A stretch of 61,670 nt of DNA, counting the filler, from an uncultured Methanosarcinales archaeon (GTDB lineage Archaea > Nanobdellota > Nanobdellia > Woesearchaeales > CAZPJY01), in assembly GCA_964587045.1 (NCBI GenBank). It is 3 parts of 3 records of this genome, joined end to end, with 100 filler letters (N's around TTAATTAATTAA, not from the genome) between each part and the next. Parts side by side here need not be neighbours in the genome. Positions count along the whole stretch, not along the records: positions 45,430 to 61,670 come from CAZPJY010000033.1; 2 more parts are not named here. One strand, 5' to 3'. The translations under genes and the position numbers were made by a program. Under the pieces are notes generated by a model. It did not search any database, was not told the origin of the DNA, and worked only from the letters and a program-made list of their open reading frames with translations. How positions within the stretch are numbered: the stretch's first letter is position 1; every line of letters begins with the position of its first letter. Positions 47,349 to 56,790 of the stretch are shown one piece after another.

Positions 47349-48308
47349 GAGGTCTTGGATGATCTTTTTTGCCAGTTCAGCCTTTGAAAGCAGCGCCGGC
47401 TCCTCCTTGACGATAGGATTCCCTTTTGATGAGAAATAGCTGTCGAGCTCGCGTGCGATCAGCCCAGGTTTCGTATTGGTGTATCCTCTGGACCTCATCT
47501 TGCGCGAGAGCGCCCTCTGGTCGTGCACCATGGTCGACACTTTGTGGTACGATAGAAGGGATGGGAGATCAGGATGAATCATTGCCAGCCTGTCGTAAAG
47601 GCGGGTTATTGGGTTTGGGTTATCTTTGAGTTCTGCTTCGGTTGCAAGCGTGTTCGTGACTACCCCGCCGGGTATTGCCTCAAATCCTCTCCTAAGCAGA
47701 CGTTCGACTGCCACGAAAGGCGCTTCATAGTGCTCCCCGCAGACCGCAGTGAAGCGCTCGAACTCTCCTGGTGTGGTTCCTTTTATCGATACATAGAGGT
47801 GGAGAGTATCCTGAAGGCCCTCCCAAGCGTCCAGGTAATCATCGTGCTTTGCTATCAGCCAGCCGTTGGTGTCAGCTCCGACAGTAACCCCCTCTTTCAT
47901 CGCAAGCCTCGCAACAGATGAGATGCCACCCCTATAGAGCGTCGTTTCTCCCCCCGTGAAAGCCCACATCTGAAGGCCGTCGCGCTCAGACCTTTTCATG
48001 AGGTACCTGAATATGTCCTCACTGCTGTGTATCGCCGCGCCCCTCATGCTCGCCACCTTCGCCCGGTTCTTCTTCTGGATGAATTCAGAATTCAGTTTGG
48101 CGTCGAGTGCTTCCTCAGCCACCCAGCAGTGGGCGCAGCGGTAGTTGCATCCTATGACATCATTGTCCAAGACCGGGCCCCAGTGAGGGTCGAACTTTAG
48201 CCGCCTGCCTATGTTGTATAGCGCTATCACAGGATCGTCGACGTAAGGTCCAGAAAATCCCATCCTATTGAGGACCCTTTCTGCTAATAGGTCAGGTTGG
48301 ATCGGCAT
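47340..48308 (-). CDS. radical SAM superfamily protein
   Basis: GCNYRCAHCW, FTGGE, DTNG, VSIKGTTP.EF..FT. Confidence 0.85.
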   Translation of the reverse strand: MPIQPDLLAERVLNRMGFSGPYVDDPVIALYNIGRRLKFDPHWGPVLDNDVIGCNYRCAHCWVAEEALDAKLNSEFIQKKNRAKVASMRGAAIHSSEDIFRYLMKRSERDGLQMWAFTGGETTLYRGGISSVARLAMKEGVTVGADTNGWLIAKHDDYLDAWEGLQDTLHLYVSIKGTTPGEFERFTAVCGEHYEAPFVAVERLLRRGFEAIPGGVVTNTLATEAELKDNPNPITRLYDRLAMIHPDLPSLLSYHKVSTMVHDQRALSRKMRSRGYTNTKPGLIARELDSYFSSKGNPIVKEEPALLSKAELAKKIIQDLSV

Positions 48309-48332
48309 ACGCTGCGAGGAAAACTCGGTATA

Positions 48333-48914
48333 TTAAAGGTTTCCTATGCCAAGATTCCTAAGGGAAACGATGAGCTGCTCGTATCCCTTGAAGTGTATGG
48401 TCTTCATGCCGAGTTTTTTAGCGGTCTCAACGTTTTCCCTCGCGTCGTCGATTAGCAGGCACTCCTCTGGCTTTACCTTAGCGAATTTGAGGACGTCTCT
48501 GAACGCCTTCTCGTCCGGCTTGGTGTTTCCCGTCTCTGCCGAGAAGAAGGCTTTCTTGAAGAACGAGATGTCGAAGTGCGACCTTATGTACTGAGCCTTG
48601 CCCCTCAGCTGGTTGGAGAGGATGACAACCTTGTAGCTCTTGGAAAGCTGCCTTGCGAGCGCGTGCACCACTCCAGGCGGCACGTTGTTCATGGCCTCTC
48701 TAATCTTGGCTGAGGGTATGTTGAACTGGGTCCCGATTCCTATGAAGTACTGGTCATCCGGCTCTCCCTTGGAGTAGTCAGACTCATCTTCCTTCATGGC
48801 TTGGAGCAGTGCCCTCTTTTCTATGTTGTATTCTTCTGCCAGCCTCTCGGATGCTACCACCTTATCTGAATTGGCGAGCACACCGCCCCAGTCGAAAATA
48901 ATGCATTTGATCAA
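48333..48914 (-). CDS. HAD-superfamily phosphatase (YihX-like)
   Basis: IIFDWGGVL, LSN, KPD, IDD..ENV..A..LGM. Confidence 0.92.
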   Translation of the reverse strand: MIKCIIFDWGGVLANSDKVVASERLAEEYNIEKRALLQAMKEDESDYSKGEPDDQYFIGIGTQFNIPSAKIREAMNNVPPGVVHALARQLSKSYKVVILSNQLRGKAQYIRSHFDISFFKKAFFSAETGNTKPDEKAFRDVLKFAKVKPEECLLIDDARENVETAKKLGMKTIHFKGYEQLIVSLRNLGIGNL

Positions 48915-49762
48915 ATTATCCCCACCATTCCCGTTCTTTCTTCCAGCACCGAGAACACGTCGACAATTCCCACGTCTAAATCCTTCCTCAGCCCTATGAG
49001 GAAGTCCCTAAGCTCCTGCGAGTTCCTAACCACGACGCCGACATCGAAGTCGTGGCTGCCCAGGAAGTACTCGTAGTAGAAGATCACTTTCGGGTGAGTG
49101 TGGAAGTACTCCCTGGCCCTGGTGTCATGCGTCCGCAGCTGGATGCCGTACCAGTCGAAGCCGAGCTTGTGGTGGTCCAGCGTCACGGTGTATCCTTGGA
49201 TGATGCTCGACCGCTCGAGGTGTTTTACCCTGGCCTTCACGCCGTTTGGAGTCATGCCGACAGATTCTGCTATCTCTGTGTACCTGGCTCTCGCGTCAGA
49301 TGCGAGAATCCTGATGATCTTCCTGTCCTTGTCATCGACGGTTCCTCTCCCTTCAGACGGCCGCTTGGGCAGGACACCGACCATCTTGCCAAACATGTAT
49401 TCCTTGCCCTTGACCTGCAGCACCAGCCGCTCATCTGAAAGAGGTGCTGTTATCTTTTCGACTTCCTCTGGACTTCTGGAAAAAATGTCGAAGGTCAGGC
49501 TCCACCTGCCGGCGACCATGCCGATCCAAGAAGCTTGCCTCGGGGGTGTAGTATCGGCACAGAAGACCGCAAAGTGTGACAAACCCAAGGAGTCATGGTC
49601 AACGACAGCGATGAAGTCCTTTATGATCCCCTTCTTCTGTAGCTGCTTTATCCTGTAGTCTACGTTCTCCCGTGAGAGCCTGACCTTCTTACCAATGGAA
49701 GTCAAGGACGCACGCGAGTCAACCACAAGCTCTCGCACAATCTTGCGATTGATGGCGTCCAT
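48911..49762 (-). CDS. tandem (duplicated) Lrp/AsnC regulator
   Basis: Two HTH units (MDAINRKIV...DSRASL; VDDKDRKII...DARARY), each followed by a RAM-like domain. Confidence 0.88.
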   Translation of the reverse strand: MDAINRKIVRELVVDSRASLTSIGKKVRLSRENVDYRIKQLQKKGIIKDFIAVVDHDSLGLSHFAVFCADTTPPRQASWIGMVAGRWSLTFDIFSRSPEEVEKITAPLSDERLVLQVKGKEYMFGKMVGVLPKRPSEGRGTVDDKDRKIIRILASDARARYTEIAESVGMTPNGVKARVKHLERSSIIQGYTVTLDHHKLGFDWYGIQLRTHDTRAREYFHTHPKVIFYYEYFLGSHDFDVGVVVRNSQELRDFLIGLRKDLDVGIVDVFSVLEERTGMVGII

Positions 49763-49943
49763 TTTTACATTTATGAAATTTATTATTTAAATATATTTCG
49801 TTTTCGTAGAATATATAATAGTTTTTTTATGTTAATATGAATGATTCGCCTATTACTAGAAAACTCACAGAGAGATTGCCGATATCAGCGACTACCCGGC
49901 AAGCTGCATTAACCTTTTATATTTCATATTTTTACCGCTCCCC

Positions 49944-50348
49944 ATGTCAAAGGTCCTATTCGTCTGTTCTGGCAACGTTTGCAGGAGCCAGATGGCAGAA
50001 GGTTTCTACAACCATTACTCCAAGAAGAAGGCTGCGGCGAGCGCAGGCACACTAGAGTACACTCCGTTGACTTACAAAAGCATCCCACAAGATATAGTGA
50101 ACGTCATGAAGGAGGAAGGCATCGACATCTCAAAGCACAAGGTAAAGACCATAAGCAGGGAAATGGTCGAAAATGCTAAAGAGATTTACATTATGGCACC
50201 GTGGTATGAATGCCCCAACTATCTCAGGTCATCGGATAAGGCCACATGGTGGGAGATTGAAGACCCTTATGGTAAGGGTATTGAAGACCTTATCACAACC
50301 AGGAATATCATCAAGTCCTACGTTTCGGATCTTCTCAGAAAAGGTTAA
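49944..50348 (+). CDS. low-molecular-weight phosphatase / ArsC family protein
   Basis: VLFVCSGNVCRSQMAE P-loop, SAGT, IEDPY. Confidence 0.9.
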   Translation: MSKVLFVCSGNVCRSQMAEGFYNHYSKKKAAASAGTLEYTPLTYKSIPQDIVNVMKEEGIDISKHKVKTISREMVENAKEIYIMAPWYECPNYLRSSDKATWWEIEDPYGKGIEDLITTRNIIKSYVSDLLRKG

Positions 50349-50373
50349 ATAAGAGATAGCCATCGCCCATCCC

Positions 50374-51102
50374 ATGGCAAGCTTGCTCTCGATTAAGGAT
50401 ATAACCCTTGCTAAGGGAGATAAGAAGATCCTGGACCATCTCTCAATGGAGGTATGGGAAGGTCATATCCACGCAATTGTCGGGCCGAATGGCGCTGGCA
50501 AATCCACCCTCGCGTACGCGATAATGGGGCTTTCAGGCTACCGCAATTTCTCAGGTGACATCATCTTCCAGGGTAAGCCCATCAACAAGCTCTCAGTCAC
50601 CCAAAGGGCCAGGCTGGGGCTCACCCTCGCATGGCAGGAGCCTGCCCGCTTCGAAGGCTTGAAGGTAAGGCAGTACCTCGAGTCTTCAGGAGTAAAGGAC
50701 CAAAATAGGGTGAAGGACGCGATGGAGCGTGTGGGTCTCGAGCCTTCCGCGTACCTGGATAGGGCAGTCGACTCATCCCTATCAGGAGGGGAGCGCAAGA
50801 GGATTGAGCTCGCAGCAATCATAGTCATGCGGCCCAAGCTTGTAATCCTGGATGAGCCTGACTCAGGCATAGACGTCGAGGCCGTAGGGCGGATATTCAA
50901 GGTGTTCACCTACCTAAAGGAGCAGGGCACTACAGTAATACTCATCACCCACAGTCCTGATGTGATGAGGCGCGCAGACCACGCCTTCCTGGTATGCCAT
51001 GGGAGGATGGTCGATAAGGGGGAGATGAAAGAGGTCTATCCCTTCTTCCTCAAGCAGTGCGCTGAGTGCGACCACCCCAACGAGCCGGAGGTGGACCGAT
51101 GA
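50374..51102 (+). CDS. sufC: SufC-like ABC ATPase (SmsC of the minimal Fe-S system)
   Basis: GPNGAGKST, LSGGERKRIE, LDEPDSGID; C-terminal CAECDH. Confidence 0.88.
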   Translation: MASLLSIKDITLAKGDKKILDHLSMEVWEGHIHAIVGPNGAGKSTLAYAIMGLSGYRNFSGDIIFQGKPINKLSVTQRARLGLTLAWQEPARFEGLKVRQYLESSGVKDQNRVKDAMERVGLEPSAYLDRAVDSSLSGGERKRIELAAIIVMRPKLVILDEPDSGIDVEAVGRIFKVFTYLKEQGTTVILITHSPDVMRRADHAFLVCHGRMVDKGEMKEVYPFFLKQCAECDHPNEPEVDR

Positions 51103-52010
51103 GCGACATGCAAAAGCTCGTGGATGCAGCAGGCATCTCACACGAGATGAAGGATACGAAAGTCGGAAAGCTTGTCGTCAACGCAAACAAGGTCTTATCA
51201 GCCAAATCAGTCCCGGGACTCGAGGTCAAGACTTCGGAGACCAGCACTGGCGTCAGCGTTAAAATCATAGTCACCAAAAAGATTGAGAGGCCTGTTCACC
51301 TGTGCTTCGGCCAGTTCAATAAGGGCACGCAGGAAATCGAACTCGAAGCAACGGTAAAGGCAGGGGCTTCGGTCAGTGTCATCGGCCACTGCGTGTTTCC
51401 AGGACCGGAAAGGGTCGTGCACCGCATGAACGGAAAGATAGTGGTGGAGTCAGGGGCGAGCTTTGAGTATCTGGAGCGGCACATCCACAATGAGGCAGGG
51501 AACGTCGAGGTCTATCCGCACGCGACAGTCGACGTCAGGAAGGGAGGCCGTTACTCCACAAGGTTCGAGCTTCTGAAAGGCCGCGTCGGGCTGCTGGACA
51601 TCGACTACGCAACGAAAGCAGCAGAGGATGCCGTCATCGAGATGGAAGCCAGGGCGAGCGGGTACGGAAGCGACCGGCTGACAGTCAGGGAGACCGCAGA
51701 GCTCGACTCCAGGGCACGGGGGGTGCTGAGGTCCAGGATCGCGGTCCGTGACGAAGCCAAGGCTGAGGTGTTCAACACCATGATAGCCAAGGGAGAAGAA
51801 GCGCGAGGACATGTCGAGTGCACAGAGATATTGCAGGGCAAGGGAGAGGTCAAGGCTTACCCCAACATTGAGGTCAGGCACCCGAAGGCCCACATCACCC
51901 ACGAGGCCACTCTCGGCGGCGTGGACTCAAAGCAGCTCGAGAGCCTGATGGCCCGGGGCCTTTCTGAAAAGGAGGCGGAAGAGCTAATCATCAGGGGTCT
52001 TTTGACATAG
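51099..52010 (+). CDS. sufB: SufB/SufD-family Fe-S scaffold (SmsB)
   Basis: PVHLCFG, HC.FP, ARGHVECTEI, ITHEA.LG.VD..QLE.LMARGL; ATGA-coupled to sufC. Confidence 0.88.
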   Translation: MSDMQKLVDAAGISHEMKDTKVGKLVVNANKVLSAKSVPGLEVKTSETSTGVSVKIIVTKKIERPVHLCFGQFNKGTQEIELEATVKAGASVSVIGHCVFPGPERVVHRMNGKIVVESGASFEYLERHIHNEAGNVEVYPHATVDVRKGGRYSTRFELLKGRVGLLDIDYATKAAEDAVIEMEARASGYGSDRLTVRETAELDSRARGVLRSRIAVRDEAKAEVFNTMIAKGEEARGHVECTEILQGKGEVKAYPNIEVRHPKAHITHEATLGGVDSKQLESLMARGLSEKEAEELIIRGLLT

Positions 52011-52443
52011 ATTCCAGTTTCGACCTGATTTCTTCAGGAGTCTGGTTCAGGTATTCTGAAATCGTATCGAAGCGGGACACCGTACGGAGCATCGGAAGGT
52101 AGGTCGAGTTCAGCTGCCCCTGCATATCGATGCAAATTTCCCTCATCTGAGTGCGCGTCTCTTCACGAAGTTCCTCTTCACCGGATGCAATGGCAGAATG
52201 AACCATCTTATCCAGGAGGGTCAAAGCCTGCATGTAAAGTTCAGCCTCGCTCCTGGAATGGAACTTCCTTCCCGGCTCGGAGAAGGGACTCAGAATTTGG
52301 AACTGGGTAACCATTGGAGAATAGTCGATGCCCGACGCTTCCTTTATGCCTTTGCCTTTCTCGCGGATGTGCCCTTTCCCGTTGATTGTCAGGTAAGCGA
52401 GGCCACTGATGTACAGCTTCTCGAGGATTATCTTTTCCGGCAT
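51991..52443 (-). CDS. hypothetical protein
   Basis: ORF with probable start MPEKII and TTTAAATA promoter-like element upstream. Confidence 0.55.
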   Translation of the reverse strand: MPEKIILEKLYISGLAYLTINGKGHIREKGKGIKEASGIDYSPMVTQFQILSPFSEPGRKFHSRSEAELYMQALTLLDKMVHSAIASGEEELREETRTQMREICIDMQGQLNSTYLPMLRTVSRFDTISEYLNQTPEEIRSKLESMSKDP

Positions 52444-52564
52444 TGTGCTAGCCTCTGAAATCAACTAATATTTAAAGCTGAGCATTAGGTTTCAGTCTTT
52501 GGGCAGAGACGGTGATGGCAAGGTTGATATCATGATAAAAAGTTCAGGGCATTCACTCCAAAGA

Positions 52565-53104
52565 CTAAATCCTGTCCCGAACCATCCTTATCATATCGAA
52601 GAAATAGCTGCCGCTGTGCGGCACGTACTTCTCCGGATGCCCTCTGAGGTCGGATTCCAGCTCATCCAAGGGCACAAACTTGACGTCGTCAACTTCGATC
52701 TCCCGAAGCTTTAGGCTTTTGATGTCCCCGTCGAAGCGGAGGAGGATTACGTGCGTGAATTCGTTGTTGTACCATTTCTTCTCGGGGATGGAATAGGAGA
52801 ACTTCCGAACGCCTACCAGCTCGAGCTCGGCACCTGATATTCCCAATTCCTCCTCAAGCTCCCTTGCGGCACCCTCCATCACAGGCTCGCCGGCATCGAT
52901 GTGACCTGCTGCCGCGATATCCCAAAGCCCCGGGAACGACTTCTTCTTGGTGCTCCGGAGCTGGATCATCATCTCCCCTTTGGAGTTGTAGATCCAGATA
53001 TGCGCGACCTGGTGCCAAATCCCTTTCTGGTGGACTACCTGCTTTTCCTCCCTCTTCCCTGTCGGATTGCCATCCTCATCCAGAACGTCGAGATACTCTT
53101 TCAT
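52565..53104 (-). CDS. Nudix hydrolase, IDI-1/YfcD-like
   Basis: H..G.WH, QLRS..K..FPGLWD, GHIDAGE....AARELEEELG, NNEF, EVD. Confidence 0.85.
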   Translation of the reverse strand: MKEYLDVLDEDGNPTGKREEKQVVHQKGIWHQVAHIWIYNSKGEMMIQLRSTKKKSFPGLWDIAAAGHIDAGEPVMEGAARELEEELGISGAELELVGVRKFSYSIPEKKWYNNEFTHVILLRFDGDIKSLKLREIEVDDVKFVPLDELESDLRGHPEKYVPHSGSYFFDMIRMVRDRI

Positions 53105-53136
53105 AAGTAGGGGGAAATGTAGGTGGTATATTAATG

Positions 53137-53709
53137 TTACACGCAGCAGATTGTTGGTGATATGAAGTCGGTCACGTCCCCGACATCGGTCTCGTCATCC
53201 CTGCATGTGCCGCCAGCGACTGTGTCGACAGGACGGCCGCCCCGGTCCATGCATTCCTCAACAGTCATCATTGCCAGGGCGCTCCTGGCCTCCACAATAT
53301 CGGTTATTTCCCAATCGTCGATGGTGACTTGGACTGTCACGCGGTCCTTATCCGTCTTGGCTCCGTCTGCTATGTATCTGAGGTTTACCTGCCAGCATCC
53401 CGGGCACCGCGCAGATAATATGTTGCTGACCTCAAGCTGGCGTCCTATGCCCTGGAGAAATGAGGAAGAGTTCCTCACAGCAGCGATCGCCATCGTGGCC
53501 GCGGCATCAGAATCTGCAGAATCATAGTTGGGCTCCTGGTCCGCTAAGCAAGAAGAGTTCCACTCGTAGACGCATCGGCCTTCTGCAGCGCACCAAACCT
53601 CGCCCTGAAGCGGATCGCAGCCATGCACGTCCTGCTCATCCGAGAGGCTCATATGGCACGCTGAGATTAGAAGTAAGGGAAATAAAAGAAGAAAAAATCT
53701 CACTGGCAC
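53137..53709 (-). CDS. Cys-rich lipoprotein
   Basis: Lipobox LISAC; DVHGC...WC....RCV..W module; CPGC; terminal EC..RGG...C...CC. Confidence 0.75.
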   Translation of the reverse strand: MPVRFFLLLFPLLLISACHMSLSDEQDVHGCDPLQGEVWCAAEGRCVYEWNSSCLADQEPNYDSADSDAAATMAIAAVRNSSSFLQGIGRQLEVSNILSARCPGCWQVNLRYIADGAKTDKDRVTVQVTIDDWEITDIVEARSALAMMTVEECMDRGGRPVDTVAGGTCRDDETDVGDVTDFISPTICCV

Positions 53710-54761
53710 TCACCAGGCCTGTAGCTTATGACCTCACCGCTCGCGCAAGCCATGCACGCGTTTGAGTAAGTGACGTCGTTGTTGCCGCAGACGGGAGTGT
53801 AGTCCATCGTGCACGCGACCGCTTCCTTGTCCTGCTCTGTGCATATCCCAGGCGTGCCGAGCAGGCCTGTGCATCTCCAGTTGATCTCCACCTCCTCGGT
53901 GTCCTCGTGGACGACGCATGCGGGATTGCAGTTCTCACGCGCGTACTGAACCTCCATCACCATATCGAACCACCAGGTCTTCGTGTCAGCGTTGCGGCTC
54001 GCGCTGATCGATAGGTTGCCCATGTCCTCGCAGAAGCTGGCTGCAGCGATTGCTCTGGCCACATTGATGTCTAAAGTTTTACATGCTCCTGGAACATAAG
54101 TGTTGACGTTTCCGCTTGAGCAGGCTGAGCATCCGTTCCCGTAGGTCTTTCCGTCGTTTCCGCACACCGGTGAGTAGTCCATGGTGCAGAAAGTCGCATC
54201 CTTCTCCTCCTGAGTGCATAAGTGAGTTCCCTCCGGGAGATCCAGCACCTCAACGAAAATCGTGTCATTTATCCGGCACTGTCTGGGGTAGCTTTCCATC
54301 ACCGGATAGCCTGCTGCCACGCACTCGTCGAAGGTGGTAACCTCCTGAGTTGGGGGCTCGATGAGACCTGTGCATCGCCAGTTGATCTCGGCATCTCCTG
54401 TTTCCTCAGACACTACGCATGCAGGATTGCATCCCGCTTTCTCCTCGAAAGGCTCGAAATCGAACCAGTATGTTTTTGAGTTGGGGTTGTATTCGGCGTT
54501 GTCCAGGACTGTCCCCTCATCGCTGCAGGGGCTCGAGTCCGCGATTGCTTTGGCATCAGCCTCTGTCATGCCTTGCGTCGGCTCCACCTCGCAGGGCTCC
54601 TCCCACTGCCTCAGGCATTTGCCTTTGGTTTCGCACCAGCTGTAGCCTGCGGCTATTAAGCAGCCGTGTTCGTCTGTGTCTCCCCCTATGAGGGGAGGTT
54701 CCTGGGCGCATCCGGCTATAAGTAGGAGTCCCAGAACCATCATCGCATACATGATACGCAT
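53700..54761 (-). CDS. multi-domain lipoprotein with two Kazal-type serine-protease-inhibitor domains
   Basis: Lipobox LIAGC; CTMDYSPVCGNDGKTYGNGCSAC and CTMDYTPVCGNNDVTYSNACMAC; two CNPACVV...EINWRCTGL modules. Confidence 0.85.
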   Translation of the reverse strand: MRIMYAMMVLGLLLIAGCAQEPPLIGGDTDEHGCLIAAGYSWCETKGKCLRQWEEPCEVEPTQGMTEADAKAIADSSPCSDEGTVLDNAEYNPNSKTYWFDFEPFEEKAGCNPACVVSEETGDAEINWRCTGLIEPPTQEVTTFDECVAAGYPVMESYPRQCRINDTIFVEVLDLPEGTHLCTQEEKDATFCTMDYSPVCGNDGKTYGNGCSACSSGNVNTYVPGACKTLDINVARAIAAASFCEDMGNLSISASRNADTKTWWFDMVMEVQYARENCNPACVVHEDTEEVEINWRCTGLLGTPGICTEQDKEAVACTMDYTPVCGNNDVTYSNACMACASGEVISYRPGECQ

Positions 54762-54880
54762 CGTCCTTCACCTCAATGAATCTGATATTTTGTGTGGGTA
54801 TTATTAAGTATTTAAATGTTGATTAGACTGCTATCCGAATTGCAGCTATTATATATATCACTAGTTCTCATTTTACATGC

Positions 54881-55183
54881 ATGGCAAGTGTGCGACCAGC
54901 TGTCTGGATTCCCCTGGTTGGGGGATTTTTCTTTGTCGTCCTCGCATCGGTTCTCTTTTTGCCAGTGGAGGATTCAGTGGATGGTATGATTGAGGATTTC
55001 AGGTTCAGCTGCCAGATGGAATGCCTCGGGCGTTTCCCAGGCATCGTGCAGACCTTTTCAGTGGATGCCAACGAGACGCACGCGATATGCAATTGCTGGG
55101 ACTCTGGGGCACGGGTCTTATGGGTTGGAGCTTACCCGTTTTCGGGCTTTGAATACCGCAACGGAAGCTGGTTTTTCGGCTGA
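54881..55183 (+). CDS. small membrane-anchored Cys-containing protein
   Basis: N-terminal TM helix, C...C and C.C motifs; TATA box upstream. Confidence 0.55.
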   Translation: MASVRPAVWIPLVGGFFFVVLASVLFLPVEDSVDGMIEDFRFSCQMECLGRFPGIVQTFSVDANETHAICNCWDSGARVLWVGAYPFSGFEYRNGSWFFG

Positions 55184-55251
55184 AAACCAAAATATTTATA
55201 TATACTGTTTGCACTAATATATATACCAAAATACATATTAGTATATTTAAA

Positions 55252-56790
55252 ATGGGATTCCGGAAGGCTGAGATGGGCATTGGCACCCTTATATTGTTCA
55301 TCGCGTTCATACTCGTGGCCGGAGTCGCTGCTTCTGTGATCATCAGCACATCAGGAAGCCTGCAGGAACAAGCCCTCTCAACAGGACAGGAGACAGAGTC
55401 GGAGATATCCACCCACGCGCATGTGGTCGAGATATCAGGGACGGACGGCTTTGACGGCTACGTCGACGACCTGAGCACGATATTCAAGCTGAGCGCAGGC
55501 TCTGACCCCATGAAAATCGACGAAATAATGCTATCAGAGATGACCACAAACTCCTCCTCCACCCTTATCAGGAAGAGGAACGCGCAGTGCATCAACGACG
55601 TGTTCACCGGCTACTTCACCGCAAGAGGATCGGCAGCCGTGACAAGTACAACCGCCTTCGAAGACCCAGTTGGCACGACCTCGGTCTTCGGACCAACGCA
55701 GACCAGCCTGATGATGATAGGAAAAATCGCGGTCGCCATAGTCTTCGTCGAGAGCAACGGGTCTGTGGACGGAAACCTTGAGAACTGGACGACAGAAGAG
55801 CAGGACAACCTGATAGAGCACGTGACAACGGCGCTGAACTGGTGGTCGGCAATCGAGCCTCGCGCACACATAAGGTTCACCTATGAAATCTACCGCGGCG
55901 TGCCGACGAGCTACGAGCCGATTACCAGGACCACCGCGGAAGCCAACCAGGACCTGTGGATAAATGAGGTTCTGGACGGCATGGGAGTGCCACCAGGAGC
56001 GTCCAAGTTCAGCAGGGCGCGCTCCTTCGACAACGAGCTCAGGCTCAGGATGAACGCCCACTGGGCCTACACGATATTCTTCGTGGACAGCAGCGAGGAC
56101 GCCGACGGGGCTTTCCCTGACGGGTTCGCCGGGATAGCATATATCAACGGCCCTTACGCATTCATCGCCGGAGACGCATGGCCTAACAACATGCCTGCCC
56201 TCATCGCCCACGAGACGGGCCACATCTTCGGTGCTAGGGACGAGTATACTGCCTCCGGCTGCACATGCGAGGACACCGGCGGATACTACGGCATCGAGAC
56301 GCAGAACTGCCAGCTCGCTGCCGGCCAGTGCGTGCTCAACCAGTCCAGCATCATGAGAGGGTCATCCGTAGCTCCTCTTGCCTACTTCAACAGGGAGGTC
56401 GATGTCTTTGCCAAGGCCCAGATGGGATTGATCGACACCAATGAAAACGACATAATGGACCCTGTCGACGAGCTGTTCGTCCACCCAACAGGAGTCAACG
56501 TCACAGACACGAAGGTGAAAGAGATTGCATTGGACGTCCCGGCTTACGATCCTGAGTCCATCAATAAGGTGGGCTTCTTTGCGTACGAGTATCTGGCCGA
56601 AGGATCTAACTTCGTATCGGGGAACCTGCAAAGGGGAGATATACTGAAAGTTTGCCAGGAGCTCTCGCGGCCGATCGACGGCGATGAGCTGCTCCACCTC
56701 AGCCTAATACCAAAAAGCGGCACGCCCACGCTGACAGAGTTCTACACTCCTGATGTCATCGCCGTGGAGCGCGTGTACTTTTATCCATGA
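55252..56790 (+). CDS. archaellin with an inserted zinc-metallopeptidase (metzincin-like) domain
   Basis: Class III signal RKA|EMGIGTLILFIAFILVAGVAA, SLQEQALSTG, KLSAGSD; insert aa 124-440 with HETGHIFGARDEY and SIM; archaellin C-terminus LQRGD...IPKSG.PT...TP...VYFYP. Confidence 0.88.
   Translation: MGFRKAEMGIGTLILFIAFILVAGVAASVIISTSGSLQEQALSTGQETESEISTHAHVVEISGTDGFDGYVDDLSTIFKLSAGSDPMKIDEIMLSEMTTNSSSTLIRKRNAQCINDVFTGYFTARGSAAVTSTTAFEDPVGTTSVFGPTQTSLMMIGKIAVAIVFVESNGSVDGNLENWTTEEQDNLIEHVTTALNWWSAIEPRAHIRFTYEIYRGVPTSYEPITRTTAEANQDLWINEVLDGMGVPPGASKFSRARSFDNELRLRMNAHWAYTIFFVDSSEDADGAFPDGFAGIAYINGPYAFIAGDAWPNNMPALIAHETGHIFGARDEYTASGCTCEDTGGYYGIETQNCQLAAGQCVLNQSSIMRGSSVAPLAYFNREVDVFAKAQMGLIDTNENDIMDPVDELFVHPTGVNVTDTKVKEIALDVPAYDPESINKVGFFAYEYLAEGSNFVSGNLQRGDILKVCQELSRPIDGDELLHLSLIPKSGTPTLTEFYTPDVIAVERVYFYP

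Noticed and set aside
52565..53104. Calling the Nudix gene idi (isopentenyl-diphosphate isomerase)
   Set aside because: The catalytic Cys before GH is absent (DIAAAGHI), so it is left as an IDI-like Nudix hydrolase.
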